From positions 1 through 64,000 of IMG/VR virus record IMGVR_UViG_3300049736_000695: a stretch of 64,000 nt of DNA. One strand, given 5' to 3'. Made by a program: the position numbers and the translations under genes. This DNA comes from a virus. Shown piece after piece: positions 18,764 to 28,893 of this stretch. How positions within the stretch are numbered: position 1 is the stretch's first letter; every line of letters starts with the position of its first letter. The notes beneath the pieces are model-generated. The model was not told the origin of the DNA. It saw only the letters and a program-made list of their open reading frames with translations, and made no database searches.

Positions 18764-19550
18764 AGAAGGCTATCTTGCGATAGACTTCTACCTCTCAAAG
18801 TCTTGTAATAAGTCGTGTCATTATTGTACGGCATGGACTTTACAAATGAGAAACCTTGATGTAGATATGGAGTTCTTAAGTAATACACTTAAGTATTTGT
18901 CTCCATATAAAGCACGTATACAATTGCTAGGTGGAGAGCCGGGTCTTATTAAAAATCTAGATGAAGTGTTAAATGAAATTAAGAAGTATAAGAATCTTGT
19001 ACCATCAGTGTTATCAAATTCATTTGTACGAAATCGCTACCCGCATATTCTAGAAGATCCTTCAATTGTATATCAAGAACATTTGGTCTTAGACTTTTAT
19101 GAAGATAATATTGAAAAGCTTGGCAACTACGACTTCTTTGAAGAAAATGATAAAAACAATTATAACGTAATTATTATGACACCAAACTATTTTAAGTATC
19201 GCGAAAACTTTGATCTTTCAATTGTAGATCATAACAATACACTGTTTAAACATTTTAACTCACGATCGCCTGATTATGATATAGAAGAACAAGCACCCGA
19301 ATTTGAACGTAGAATGTGTGCAGCATTTCCAAAAGTACCAGTAATAGATTTCGAGATTCAAAAAATTAGGCATTGCAGTAAAAAGGTAATTAATGGATCA
19401 AGACAATTTGATGTTACAAAAGAAAACATAGATAAGATGATGAACTATGAATTATTTGAGTTTGAAGAATATTGTAAGAAATGTACTGAACATATTGAAA
19501 AAAGAACAGACGATCAGATATTAAAAATTATGGAAGCAGGGAATGTTTAG
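18738..19550 (+). CDS. radical SAM protein with C-terminal Cys cluster
   Basis: CNKSCHYC; LLGGEPGL; C...HC...CKKC; start moved to ATG 18738. Confidence 0.85.
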   Translation: MKSIKQLNEEGYLAIDFYLSKSCNKSCHYCTAWTLQMRNLDVDMEFLSNTLKYLSPYKARIQLLGGEPGLIKNLDEVLNEIKKYKNLVPSVLSNSFVRNRYPHILEDPSIVYQEHLVLDFYEDNIEKLGNYDFFEENDKNNYNVIIMTPNYFKYRENFDLSIVDHNNTLFKHFNSRSPDYDIEEQAPEFERRMCAAFPKVPVIDFEIQKIRHCSKKVINGSRQFDVTKENIDKMMNYELFEFEEYCKKCTEHIEKRTDDQILKIMEAGNV

Positions 19551-20931
19551 TGTAGCAATTGGACCACACGATCACAATACATATGATGGAAAATACCATA
19601 ATCAAATAGAAAGACATAGTCGTATCAAGCATAACTTTGATAAGACGCAAGAATTTTTTAATGATTATTATAAACCAAATAATCCTCTTTGTATTACTGC
19701 CACAATCGGTGGAATAGAAAACACGGGATTTAATCATAAGTGTTTATCTTTTAAACCTAAAAAGCTGTGGGATTATTGGTATGAAGATAATCTATACTAT
19801 ATAGATCATCACCAATCACATGCCGTCTATGCACTACTAACATCAGGTTTTTCTCAGTCAGATGTTTTAGCTATTGACGGTAGAGGTTGGAATTATAAAT
19901 GTGTTTTCTTTGATAAGAATGGTAACATTACTGATCTATCAAATAAAATACAAATAGGATTACAGTGGAATTATTTTTCGAAAAGACTGGGGTTTGGCGA
20001 TCTTGGTGCCGGTAAGCTTATGGGATTATCAGCTTACGGTGAATATAATATTGCAATACATTTAGCAATCGAAAACCAAAATTATGATTACCTACTAAAT
20101 GCTAAAAAAGAAGACATAGCCGCAACATTACAACATCATACCATTGAGCTTGTAAAACAGCATGTTCTTCCTCTTAAATCCTGTGATAACATTTGCGTTG
20201 CTGGTGGCGTTGCGTATAACGGATATATGAACGAAGAGTTTACAAAGCATTACGATAAAGTACATGTACCGCCGGCACCAGGAGATGAAGGTCAATCACT
20301 TGGCACTTATATGCATGCTGACTATATCTTAAACAACAACATTCATGTTCCGGAAACATACGCTGGTAAAGAATATAATTTTGATGAAGGTGATCCTATT
20401 ACACCGAGAGAAGTTGGTGAAGCAATAGCAGCTGGTAAGATTGTTGGATGGTTTCATGGTAAATCTGAATCAGGTAATAGAGCATTAGGCAATCGTAGCA
20501 TTCTTGCAGATCCACGTAATCCTAAAATTAAAGACATTATTAATAAAACTATTAAACAAAGAGAAGACTTTCGTCCATTTGCACCATCAGTTCTGGAAGG
20601 ACACTATCCGTATTACTTTAATACTAATCAATCAAGTCCTTATATGTCTCGTATCGTACCAGTTAAGTCTCACCTTCATGATGTCATTCCAGGCGTAACG
20701 CATGTTGATGGTACTGCACGAATACAAACAGTAAATAGAAAACAAAATGAAAAATTTCACGAAGTAATACAAGGGTTCTATCAAGCAACTGGTGTACCAA
20801 TGGTACTCAACACTAGTTTTAATTGTAAGGAACCGATTGTTGAAACTCCGGAAGATGCAATAAATACTTTTAATAAAACACAATTAGATATGTTGGTAAT
20901 AAATGAACGTAGTGTGCGTAAAATGGGGTAA
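19543..20931 (+). CDS. carbamoyltransferase (NodU/CmcH/TobZ family)
   Basis: ER.SR.K, HHQSHA, IDGRG, GKLMGL.AYG, AGGVAYN, GDEG.SLG, RALGNRSILADP, RE.FRPFAP, HVDGTARIQTV, LNTSFN. Confidence 0.95.
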   Translation: MFSVAIGPHDHNTYDGKYHNQIERHSRIKHNFDKTQEFFNDYYKPNNPLCITATIGGIENTGFNHKCLSFKPKKLWDYWYEDNLYYIDHHQSHAVYALLTSGFSQSDVLAIDGRGWNYKCVFFDKNGNITDLSNKIQIGLQWNYFSKRLGFGDLGAGKLMGLSAYGEYNIAIHLAIENQNYDYLLNAKKEDIAATLQHHTIELVKQHVLPLKSCDNICVAGGVAYNGYMNEEFTKHYDKVHVPPAPGDEGQSLGTYMHADYILNNNIHVPETYAGKEYNFDEGDPITPREVGEAIAAGKIVGWFHGKSESGNRALGNRSILADPRNPKIKDIINKTIKQREDFRPFAPSVLEGHYPYYFNTNQSSPYMSRIVPVKSHLHDVIPGVTHVDGTARIQTVNRKQNEKFHEVIQGFYQATGVPMVLNTSFNCKEPIVETPEDAINTFNKTQLDMLVINERSVRKMG

Positions 20932-21601
20932 TAAGTTTGATTCATTTCATGTGAATCGACTATATAAAATGGTAAAGCGAAATCTGCAGTGTGATTTTAA
21001 TTTTATATGTTATACTGAAGACGCAAATGGCATTGATCGTAACGTTATTATACAACCATTGCCTGATTATGATTTAGAAAAATGGTGGTGGAAACTTACT
21101 CTCTTCGAATATCCCACTAGAACTCTTACAATATTTTTAGATCTAGATGTTGTAATTCAAAATGACATTACGCACTTTAAAGATTATTGTGTAGATGACA
21201 TGTTATGTTTAGTAAAAGCATATTGGAAACCATATATGTCAATAGTAGAAGAAGAATTTGATGTTGATATTAATTCTTCTATTATGATATGGAATGGCGA
21301 TTGTACCGATATATGGAAATCATTTTATAATGACTATGAACATTACATATGGAAATACGCTGGAATAGATCGTTACTTGTATTACAACCAGTCAGATAAA
21401 TTATTGTATTTGCCAGAAGGTGAAGCCTATTCGCGATTATATGGAACAAATAAGTTTAACTACAATTTATATGGGCATGGTTTAAAAAGACTTTTCTATA
21501 GACCAGAAATACCTGTTTGTATTTTTGATGGATGGAATTTAGGTATTAATAAACCATTTGATGAAGGAGGATATAATGGCTTTGAAAAATATTGGAATTG
21601 A
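20903..21601 (+). CDS. GT-A-like glycosyltransferase (VCVKWG family)
   Basis: VVCVKWG.K...VNRL..MV, WW.KL.LF, FLDLDVVI DxD motif, NSSIM.W. Confidence 0.75.
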   Translation: MNVVCVKWGNKFDSFHVNRLYKMVKRNLQCDFNFICYTEDANGIDRNVIIQPLPDYDLEKWWWKLTLFEYPTRTLTIFLDLDVVIQNDITHFKDYCVDDMLCLVKAYWKPYMSIVEEEFDVDINSSIMIWNGDCTDIWKSFYNDYEHYIWKYAGIDRYLYYNQSDKLLYLPEGEAYSRLYGTNKFNYNLYGHGLKRLFYRPEIPVCIFDGWNLGINKPFDEGGYNGFEKYWN

Positions 21602-22181
21602 TATTTTTAAAAATATTATAGCAGAAGCTAGACATAATACTAACTTATTAGATTCTTATAGTCCTAATCAATTCAAGTCAAAAGAAAGCTTAATTAAACT
21701 AATACAAAAATTAGAGTTATTAAACCCTCATATCACAATACTCGGTAGTTGGTATGGAAGTATTTTAATACCCGCATTTGTAGATCAAGCCGAAAAGATA
21801 ACATGCATTGACTTAGAAGATATGTGCATTCGAATTGCTAAAAACAGATTGTTTAAAAAATATAAAAATATCGAATATTATAACGAAGATGTATTTGATC
21901 CTATATGCCATAATAGAATTAAAAATTCTAACTTAATTATAAACACTTCATGTGAACACATGTCTAATATGTCAGAACTACCAGCACTGTATGAAAGTAA
22001 CGCGTACTTCGCATTTCAATCTAATAACATGTATAACATACCCACACATATAAATTGTGTTGCAAGCATTGACGAGTTTTATTTTCAACTGCCACACAAC
22101 GCAACTGTTATAGCAGAAGATGAAGTAGAAGATGATAGAGGTACTAGGTTTACACTTATTGGTAAATTATGCGCAGAGTAA
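21576..22181 (+). CDS. class I SAM-dependent methyltransferase-like protein
   Basis: ILGSWYGS, CIDLE, INTSCEHM; start at ATG 21576 after AAGGAGG. Confidence 0.7.
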   Translation: MALKNIGIDIFKNIIAEARHNTNLLDSYSPNQFKSKESLIKLIQKLELLNPHITILGSWYGSILIPAFVDQAEKITCIDLEDMCIRIAKNRLFKKYKNIEYYNEDVFDPICHNRIKNSNLIINTSCEHMSNMSELPALYESNAYFAFQSNNMYNIPTHINCVASIDEFYFQLPHNATVIAEDEVEDDRGTRFTLIGKLCAE

Positions 22182-22957
22182 TATACAGTCTTTATATTGA
22201 TATGCAAAAACCTGTATCTCACTTTGAAAACCAAAAAAAGTTTAATGACAACTATGATTGGCTTTTAAAAAAACAAATGGCATATGCTGATACGATTGGA
22301 GTTGAGTATAAGCATTTTACATATGACGACGATTATATAGAATTTAGTAAACAGTTTGGTCCTGAAATATCTGAATATAATATCATTAATTTTTATAAGT
22401 TGCATCTCTTATATACTTTAGACTATGAAGAAATACTATATCTTGATTTAGATGTTATACCAGTGACAAATGAAAACTTTTTTGAAGTTTGGGATCTATC
22501 AAAAGGCATTGCAATTATGTCAGAAGATTGGTTCTGTAAAGACAGACATAGACAACACCATACCATACGATCTCCTCTTGCAAAATACTGGAATGCCCGC
22601 GCAATGCTAGGTGAAATTCATCCTGTATTTAATACAGGTATTATAGGTGCTAATAAAAAATCTTTAGACGAACTAGACTATTTTGGCAATTTTGAAAAAA
22701 CAATAGATTTTATGACTGATCTTATTAATGATGAATTTTGGCCGGATGATATTAGAAATTTATTTGGTTACGATAATGAAACGATGTTTGCATATAAGTT
22801 ATTTGGTCAAGGTTTAAAATATCAGAATCTATATGAAACTGGCTGGCACTTCTTTATGGATAAGTGGAGCTTTATACCAAAAAATACAAAATTTGTACAT
22901 TGTATAAACAAAGATTTCAGTTACGTAAAAGGTTGGTATGACAAACATTATATTTGA
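22169..22957 (+). CDS. GT-A-like glycosyltransferase
   Basis: YA..IG.EY, FYK..L, LYLDLDVIP, FNTGII, DNE, H.INK. Confidence 0.75.
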   Translation: MRRVIYSLYIDMQKPVSHFENQKKFNDNYDWLLKKQMAYADTIGVEYKHFTYDDDYIEFSKQFGPEISEYNIINFYKLHLLYTLDYEEILYLDLDVIPVTNENFFEVWDLSKGIAIMSEDWFCKDRHRQHHTIRSPLAKYWNARAMLGEIHPVFNTGIIGANKKSLDELDYFGNFEKTIDFMTDLINDEFWPDDIRNLFGYDNETMFAYKLFGQGLKYQNLYETGWHFFMDKWSFIPKNTKFVHCINKDFSYVKGWYDKHYI

Positions 22958-23582
22958 CATATGGATTGATTTTGGCGATAAACAGTGGTTAGCTTACAAA
23001 GACATTTTAATCGAAAAACATAAAAAGTATGCAGAGCTTTGTGACGCAGAATATAAACACTACAATATAAAACGCGAAAATAAAATCGATTTTACTACTT
23101 TAAATTTTATGAAAATTTATATTGCAGAAGACTTAGCTCAAAAATATAACAAGGTTTTGTATTTAGATTTAGATGTTATACCAAGAACCAAAATAAACTT
23201 TTTTGAATATCACGATTTCAGTAAATTGTTATGTCATAGAACATTAGCGCCTCTTTGGAAAATTAATAGAAAAAGACTAATGTTAGAATCAGAGGGAATT
23301 AATTCTGAACATAATGTAATAAATACGGGAGTGTTTGGCATAACAAAGGAAATTTGCAATCTTATAAAATTTCAAAAAAGGGAAAAAGAAATAAATCTAG
23401 AATATTCAAATGAATATGCTGCTAATAACGAAATTTATTTATCATATATTGTAGAAAAATATAATGTGCCGTATACCGATATTGGTAAAGCATGGAACTT
23501 TATAGTTGACGAAGCCTATCCTAAATCAGATGCATGTCATTTTTTACATATGTCTACAAAGGAATTTAGTTCTGTTTTATGA
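22938..23582 (+). CDS. GT-A-like glycosyltransferase (paralog of upstream gene)
   Basis: YA..C.AEY, FMK, LYLDLDVIP, INTGV, NNE, WNF. Confidence 0.75.
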   Translation: MTNIIFDIWIDFGDKQWLAYKDILIEKHKKYAELCDAEYKHYNIKRENKIDFTTLNFMKIYIAEDLAQKYNKVLYLDLDVIPRTKINFFEYHDFSKLLCHRTLAPLWKINRKRLMLESEGINSEHNVINTGVFGITKEICNLIKFQKREKEINLEYSNEYAANNEIYLSYIVEKYNVPYTDIGKAWNFIVDEAYPKSDACHFLHMSTKEFSSVL

Positions 23583-24060
23583 TTTGAATTGCTGATTCTA
23601 AAGCATCGATAGTATTAACCGCTTTTCGTATTTTAGCCTTTGCTTCTCTATCAGTTGAATTTTTAATAGCATCAAATTCAAACAATGCAAGTTTAAAAGC
23701 AAATAAAGATTCCTTTGCGGTTTGTTCGTTTTCGTCTTCAATAAAAATAATATCTAAAAGTTTTTTGTACGAATCGCTATTTTTTTCATCAAATTCTAAA
23801 AGCATGCCGCGCTTTTTAGCAATTGCCATAACCTCACTTTCATAATCTTCTTGAGATTGTCTAATGTACTCATGAGTTGATTCGTGCAATTCATCAATAG
23901 TAATATGTTTTAAAAGTTTTTTCCACTGAGGATTACCATCTTCTGCAGAAATAACATAAGGTATTTGATTGCCTTCATCATCCGCATAATATGCTTTTAC
24001 TTCTGTTCTTTCATTATTTCCAAAGTGTGCTCTAATAAATTTCATTTGCGTTATCCTCAA
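23566..24060 (-). CDS. hypothetical protein (possible fibre assembly factor)
   Basis: 164-aa ORF ending the structural operon; likely start is MKFIRA after GAGG. Confidence 0.6.
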   Translation of the reverse strand: MRITQMKFIRAHFGNNERTEVKAYYADDEGNQIPYVISAEDGNPQWKKLLKHITIDELHESTHEYIRQSQEDYESEVMAIAKKRGMLLEFDEKNSDSYKKLLDIIFIEDENEQTAKESLFAFKLALFEFDAIKNSTDREAKAKIRKAVNTIDALESAIQIIKQN

Positions 24061-25241
24061 ACTGGTTCAGTGTATGATCTAAGACTGTAAGTATTTTGAA
24101 TTTGTGGAGTACCATTAGGAAACTCTTGTGTACGATAGTTGTCGCCTGATGCTGGCTGATTCGGCCCTGTTGTATAACCCGCTGCTGAGCTTCCATCTAA
24201 TCTTTCATTCTCAACTTCGCCTGATCCTGCATCAAGCGGTGAAGAGCTTCCGCCGGTACCTGAATTAACTCCATTAATATTGTTCTGAATATACCAATGA
24301 AGCTTACCCGCTCCCGCCGAGTTATATCCATTTGCTGCAATATGTTGTACATATGGTTCAAAGAACTGTTGCATGCCCGCAAGGCTCCATTCGTGTATGC
24401 CACCATTTGCGTCAGCGTATACCATGTTTGGCGGTGGCGGCGGTGAATATGCTGGATCTTTATCCATAGAATAAAGATCCCATTTATTTGCATTGGTAAC
24501 GGCTAGTGGCTGATCTAGAGTTTCCGGAATTCCACCAGAAGTATATGCGTTTTTATTAGCAATTGTATCTTCAAATACTCTTCCCATACTTGTAAGAGTA
24601 CCTCCTTCATCATGCGTAGCAGGCACAGTAAAGTCTTTACGAATGATTGCGTATCCGCCATTTCTACCGATTACAATATCCGGATGTGTAAGATTTGATT
24701 TGTTTCCACCAATTTCAGCAAGAGCTTCTGCAACCAATTCAGCGAGTAGAAGCATTGGAAATTTTCTCATATTCTTTCTATTAGGCGAATATGAACCGAG
24801 AGTAAGCGGCGGTGAATCACACCCATAATTTAATATATTAGGCATAGGTACAGTCGTATCATAATTCACTTGAATTTTAGTCCAGTCAAATTCAAGTGAA
24901 TTAATATTAGGTGTTTGGCTTGCGCTTCGAAATGAACTTACGTGATTAGTAGCTGATCCGGCCTGATAACGAGTATCACGCATAATACCGAGGTTACCGC
25001 CAGATCCTACATATGACAATGTAACTGTTTGATTTCGAGTATAAAGATGCCGAATCCAATTATAAAACTGCAAAAGTTCAGTTGTATTCATTTCACGAAG
25101 ACCGTGCGCACCACCCTTTGTTCTAGAACCATAAAAATCATAACCACTAATAACATTACCGGTGTCGTTATTATTCATATATAATGTAGGATATCTTCTA
25201 TCAACTACAAGAGGTCTTGGAGCGGGTATTAATAATGACAT
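24057..25241 (-). CDS. putative virion structural protein
   Basis: G/S/N/T-rich 394 aa, YRTQEFPNG C-terminus, in late operon. Confidence 0.6.
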   Translation of the reverse strand: MSLLIPAPRPLVVDRRYPTLYMNNNDTGNVISGYDFYGSRTKGGAHGLREMNTTELLQFYNWIRHLYTRNQTVTLSYVGSGGNLGIMRDTRYQAGSATNHVSSFRSASQTPNINSLEFDWTKIQVNYDTTVPMPNILNYGCDSPPLTLGSYSPNRKNMRKFPMLLLAELVAEALAEIGGNKSNLTHPDIVIGRNGGYAIIRKDFTVPATHDEGGTLTSMGRVFEDTIANKNAYTSGGIPETLDQPLAVTNANKWDLYSMDKDPAYSPPPPPNMVYADANGGIHEWSLAGMQQFFEPYVQHIAANGYNSAGAGKLHWYIQNNINGVNSGTGGSSSPLDAGSGEVENERLDGSSAAGYTTGPNQPASGDNYRTQEFPNGTPQIQNTYSLRSYTEPV

Positions 25242-25253
25242 AAATTATAGTCC

Positions 25254-25913
25254 TTAAGGTACGTTAATATCACTATCAGTAGAAAGTAAATAACCGCCTA
25301 ACAATATTTGACCGATAGAATCTTTTATAGTAAATGGAAATACATGAGAAAAATCTATACTATCGAACTGAAAGTTACTTTTTACTACTAAGTTATTTAC
25401 AGTAGCATGACTTATATACGCACTATCTTCTACATTTAATTTATTAAAGCTTGCGCTATCATAATCTATATATTCACCTGATAAGTATTTAATTCTTCCA
25501 CTATCAAATTGAATTGACTGACCAGATAAGAAAGCAATTTCTGCACTTTCAATATGTGCGTCTACAAAATCGAGTTGATGCCCTCTTAAGATATGAGTGA
25601 ATGCTGAATCAACATCAGCACTATCTGCATACATGTAGTTTGCTCGCACTCTATTAATAACTGCACTATCAGCATAAATCGTAGAAACTTGCAGCGCTCC
25701 ACCAGAATCAAATAGTGCAGCTGAAACACTATCTATTTCACGGTGTAGATGATTAAGAGCTGAAACAAAATTTGAATCATTCTTACCAAACCTAGAAGAT
25801 TCAAAATGAGAATCAAGTAAATCTAGATCACCGAAATTATCTGACAGCACATTATTCTTAGCAATCCAGGTGCCGATAGAATTTGAAGTCTGTATTTGTA
25901 TTCTACGTGTCAT
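25254..25913 (-). CDS. DS-rich fibre-like virion protein (13 DS in 219 aa)
   Basis: N-terminal SN.....N.....GDLD.L shared with neighbour; beta-repeat body. Confidence 0.7.
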   Translation of the reverse strand: MTRRIQIQTSNSIGTWIAKNNVLSDNFGDLDLLDSHFESSRFGKNDSNFVSALNHLHREIDSVSAALFDSGGALQVSTIYADSAVINRVRANYMYADSADVDSAFTHILRGHQLDFVDAHIESAEIAFLSGQSIQFDSGRIKYLSGEYIDYDSASFNKLNVEDSAYISHATVNNLVVKSNFQFDSIDFSHVFPFTIKDSIGQILLGGYLLSTDSDINVP

Positions 25914-25929
25914 GTTCTATCTCTTGTTC

Positions 25930-25937
25930 TATTTATA
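25930..25937 (-). promoter_or_regulatory. T4-type late promoter TATAAATA
   Basis: Exact consensus upstream of 25913. Confidence 0.7.
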
Positions 25938-27108
25938 ACCGGTTATCCGAATCATATTGACTTAGCATTAATGTCCCGAAATGTATAGTACTACCATCAG
26001 ATTCATAAATTGTAAATGGAGAAGTATATTCAAAGCCACTATCAAGTCTTCCATGAAAATCAGCTCTATAAGATGAATCGAATCCTACTGGAATTGCAGG
26101 AGGAGTTGCTGAATCAAACGATGAGTCTACATCAAAAACAAATCTTTTAACATGTAGAGGAGAAGGGACATATAAGTTATCTCCATCTGATTCAACTATC
26201 CAAGTATCAAATGTGGCAGATTCGCGTACTACTATTTTTTTAAAATTAGCGCTATCATAATCAAGAGTCCAATTTTGAGAACTATCAGTTGAGTCTGGCG
26301 CTAAGAGTGTAATTGTGCTTTTGCCAGAATCAAAACTTAATGGAGTATTAATATTTATTGTTGACGAATCAAATGTATATCCATTTGGAAAACCTGGTTT
26401 GCGCGGTCTTGGGAATGGGAAAAGATTACGTGGACCATGTACAACGCCAATATATGCGCTATCTCTAACTGTAAATCCAAAATTAAAGACCGGTACAAAA
26501 CTACCTATACTATCAGTGCTATCATTAAAGAATGTACGGAAGCTGCTATCGCTTACCATCCATCGACCGACGTCTAAATCAATACCAGAAAAATTTCGTA
26601 TATAACCGCTGTCAATCGTAATTCCGGTATTAAAAACCGGCCCACCTTCAAAAGACGGTGTATAAAAATTACTGTCTAGACTATCTCTTACAATAGTTGC
26701 TGATGTAGAACTCAGATCAGAGTCTACTGGAATGAATAGCCCTTGTATTGTAAATCTTTTAAATACTGCACTATCTGCAACAAGAACTCGCTCAAAGCGT
26801 AATGTTGAAAATTCTAAACTGCTATCTACACTATCATTACTATCTAAAATTTCTTGGCCAAACATGGCCACTCTACATTTTTCTAGTTCACTATGTAACC
26901 ATTCTGCAGCAGCTACAGCTGACTGATTTGCAAGTCCACCGTTTTCGGTGTACTCGTTATCTTCAAAACCGCCTAAGTAGCTTCTTGTGCCTTTATAATT
27001 TCTTTTATTAAGGTCATCTAGATCACCAAGCCACTCATCCATTTGATTAATCTTATTAATCGTAGCAACGAGCGTATTGCTCATATTAAATATTACTTTA
27101 CGCGCCAT
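25933..27108 (-). CDS. DS-rich fibre-like virion protein (22 DS in 391 aa)
   Basis: Paralogous N- and C-termini with 25254-25913 (GDLD.L; PFTI..S.G....G..LS.DSD). Confidence 0.7.
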   Translation of the reverse strand: MARKVIFNMSNTLVATINKINQMDEWLGDLDDLNKRNYKGTRSYLGGFEDNEYTENGGLANQSAVAAAEWLHSELEKCRVAMFGQEILDSNDSVDSSLEFSTLRFERVLVADSAVFKRFTIQGLFIPVDSDLSSTSATIVRDSLDSNFYTPSFEGGPVFNTGITIDSGYIRNFSGIDLDVGRWMVSDSSFRTFFNDSTDSIGSFVPVFNFGFTVRDSAYIGVVHGPRNLFPFPRPRKPGFPNGYTFDSSTININTPLSFDSGKSTITLLAPDSTDSSQNWTLDYDSANFKKIVVRESATFDTWIVESDGDNLYVPSPLHVKRFVFDVDSSFDSATPPAIPVGFDSSYRADFHGRLDSGFEYTSPFTIYESDGSTIHFGTLMLSQYDSDNRL

Positions 27109-27313
27109 TGAGTTTATCCACGATTAAATTAAGTATATTTTTTATATCATTAACATCTTTTTTAAGATCTTCAATTTCTTGCTTATCTTGTATTTTCTTA
27201 AGCTTCCTGGCACGCGCTTGTTCTGTTGCGTTTTTATCTACATTCATAATTGCGTGTGTATTTCTATCTCTTACTAGACCGGCCGCACCTTCAACTTTTA
27301 TATAATCAATCAT
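27098..27313 (-). CDS. conserved small protein downstream of VrlC-like gene
   Basis: IKVEG...LVRD..T.AI.N plus C-terminal coiled coil, typical of marine T4-like phages. Confidence 0.7.
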   Translation of the reverse strand: MIDYIKVEGAAGLVRDRNTHAIMNVDKNATEQARARKLKKIQDKQEIEDLKKDVNDIKNILNLIVDKLNGA

Positions 27314-27315
27314 TA

Positions 27316-28893
27316 TTATACACTCAATGCAATAACTCTAAGATCCTTTATGATTGGTGATCTGCCTCTATTTACTGAGTTCAATACAATTTTTAATTGA
27401 AATGTTGTAAAATCAGGAAGCTCGCCACCTAAATTACCTACAAGATATTGATACTCTCTAAATACGAATCCTGCATTATCGATTGGGTTATTGCTCGTTG
27501 TAGGAGCCAATACCCAGTTAATAGTTTCAATATCAACACCTTCTTCACATGTTCTTGTATATAAATCAAAAGAAGTACCGCTAGGTCTATGAGCATCTAA
27601 TATAATTTTAAGACCAACTGCTGGTTCTACTACTGTAATTTTTCTAGTAATATGCTTTGATGCAGATGATCCTCCTGAAGGTTGTGTTTCAGAAATATAA
27701 TTTAGTGGAACATTAAAACCAACGGTTGCAGCAGAATCTTGATTATCAATAATTGCATCAATCAATGTCATTGAAGCCCTTTGCATATCTAGCATAGGTG
27801 CCACATAAGAATCACTAGTAGTGAAGACAACTTCTTGTTCTAGCGATTTTACACCAGCACCAAGATTGGCAACTTCCAATTCATTGTTAGCAACAACGTT
27901 AGCCTTGGTTGTATATACACTTCGTTGAACCTTAGACATTTTAAAATCTACATCTTTTTGATACGCTGTTTCAGTACCTGCAAAGGATTTGCTAGATGTT
28001 GCTTTAATAGCAGCAAATGTAGATGTTTTATCTGGTACTAATAGCTGAATATTATTATAGTAAGTTGACCAAGGGATATTTTTAGTTGCTAAAACATTAA
28101 ATCCACCACCTATACCGGCACTATCAGCAGCAGAATCGGCAGTAATTTCATATCCAGTCCAATCTACAGCAGTAATGTTTTTTGATGCACCCATAATACT
28201 GGTAGTACGCATACCACCAATAAGTGCAGCTGAATCCATACCTCTAATTGTTACATCATCATTTATGACGAATCCATGACCAACGTCAGCAATTCTTACA
28301 GTTGAACTTCCAGCAAACGTTTGTATAGGATCAGCATTTAAAAGTTTCTGTGGAACTGATGTATTTTTAAGAGCAACTTTACCGAGATCTCCCGTGTTAA
28401 ATGCTGCTCTATGAATTTCGAAAGTTAAATCTTGATCTTGTGCTGCAGTAAATGAGCCACCATTTGCAGAGTAGAAAATATTGCCGACCGCAGGATTCTT
28501 TGCCACTCTTCCAGCAGTTGTTCCAGTTAGAAATTCATCAATTTGGGCAATCCAAATTTGACAATCCGGAGAGTTTGACATTACAACAAATGCGTAATCA
28601 TTTAAACCCTGTAAAAATACTGGCTCTTCAAATACAAAAGATGTTACGGCAGTTGCATCATCGGAAAGATTAATATTTGATCCATTCACATATACAACAC
28701 CTTGAGGAATTATCTCAGAATTAGATGGAATTCCATTTATCATAGGCCTTAATTGTAAACAAACGGGACTAGATGTATTTCTAGATTTAAAGTAAAGATC
28801 GATTTTTGTAACATAAATCCCGCACGCTTCCTCAACATTAAAGGATTGTGCTATAGGGTTTCTATTAATTCGATAGCCTAGGGAAGTTGCCAT
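27316..28893 (-). CDS. VrlC/DUF4815-like virion protein, C-terminal part
   Basis: PIAQSF.V....GIYVTKIDLYF, F.FE.PVFL, Q.QDL.F, F..FQLKIV...P.IKDLR.IAL. Confidence 0.75.
   Translation of the reverse strand: MATSLGYRINRNPIAQSFNVEEACGIYVTKIDLYFKSRNTSSPVCLQLRPMINGIPSNSEIIPQGVVYVNGSNINLSDDATAVTSFVFEEPVFLQGLNDYAFVVMSNSPDCQIWIAQIDEFLTGTTAGRVAKNPAVGNIFYSANGGSFTAAQDQDLTFEIHRAAFNTGDLGKVALKNTSVPQKLLNADPIQTFAGSSTVRIADVGHGFVINDDVTIRGMDSAALIGGMRTTSIMGASKNITAVDWTGYEITADSAADSAGIGGGFNVLATKNIPWSTYYNNIQLLVPDKTSTFAAIKATSSKSFAGTETAYQKDVDFKMSKVQRSVYTTKANVVANNELEVANLGAGVKSLEQEVVFTTSDSYVAPMLDMQRASMTLIDAIIDNQDSAATVGFNVPLNYISETQPSGGSSASKHITRKITVVEPAVGLKIILDAHRPSGTSFDLYTRTCEEGVDIETINWVLAPTTSNNPIDNAGFVFREYQYLVGNLGGELPDFTTFQLKIVLNSVNRGRSPIIKDLRVIALSV

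Noticed and set aside
13492-23582. RiPP biosynthetic cluster
   Set aside because: No precursor peptide, RRE, protease or transporter seen; partner enzymes are sugar-type. Not excluded, but less supported.
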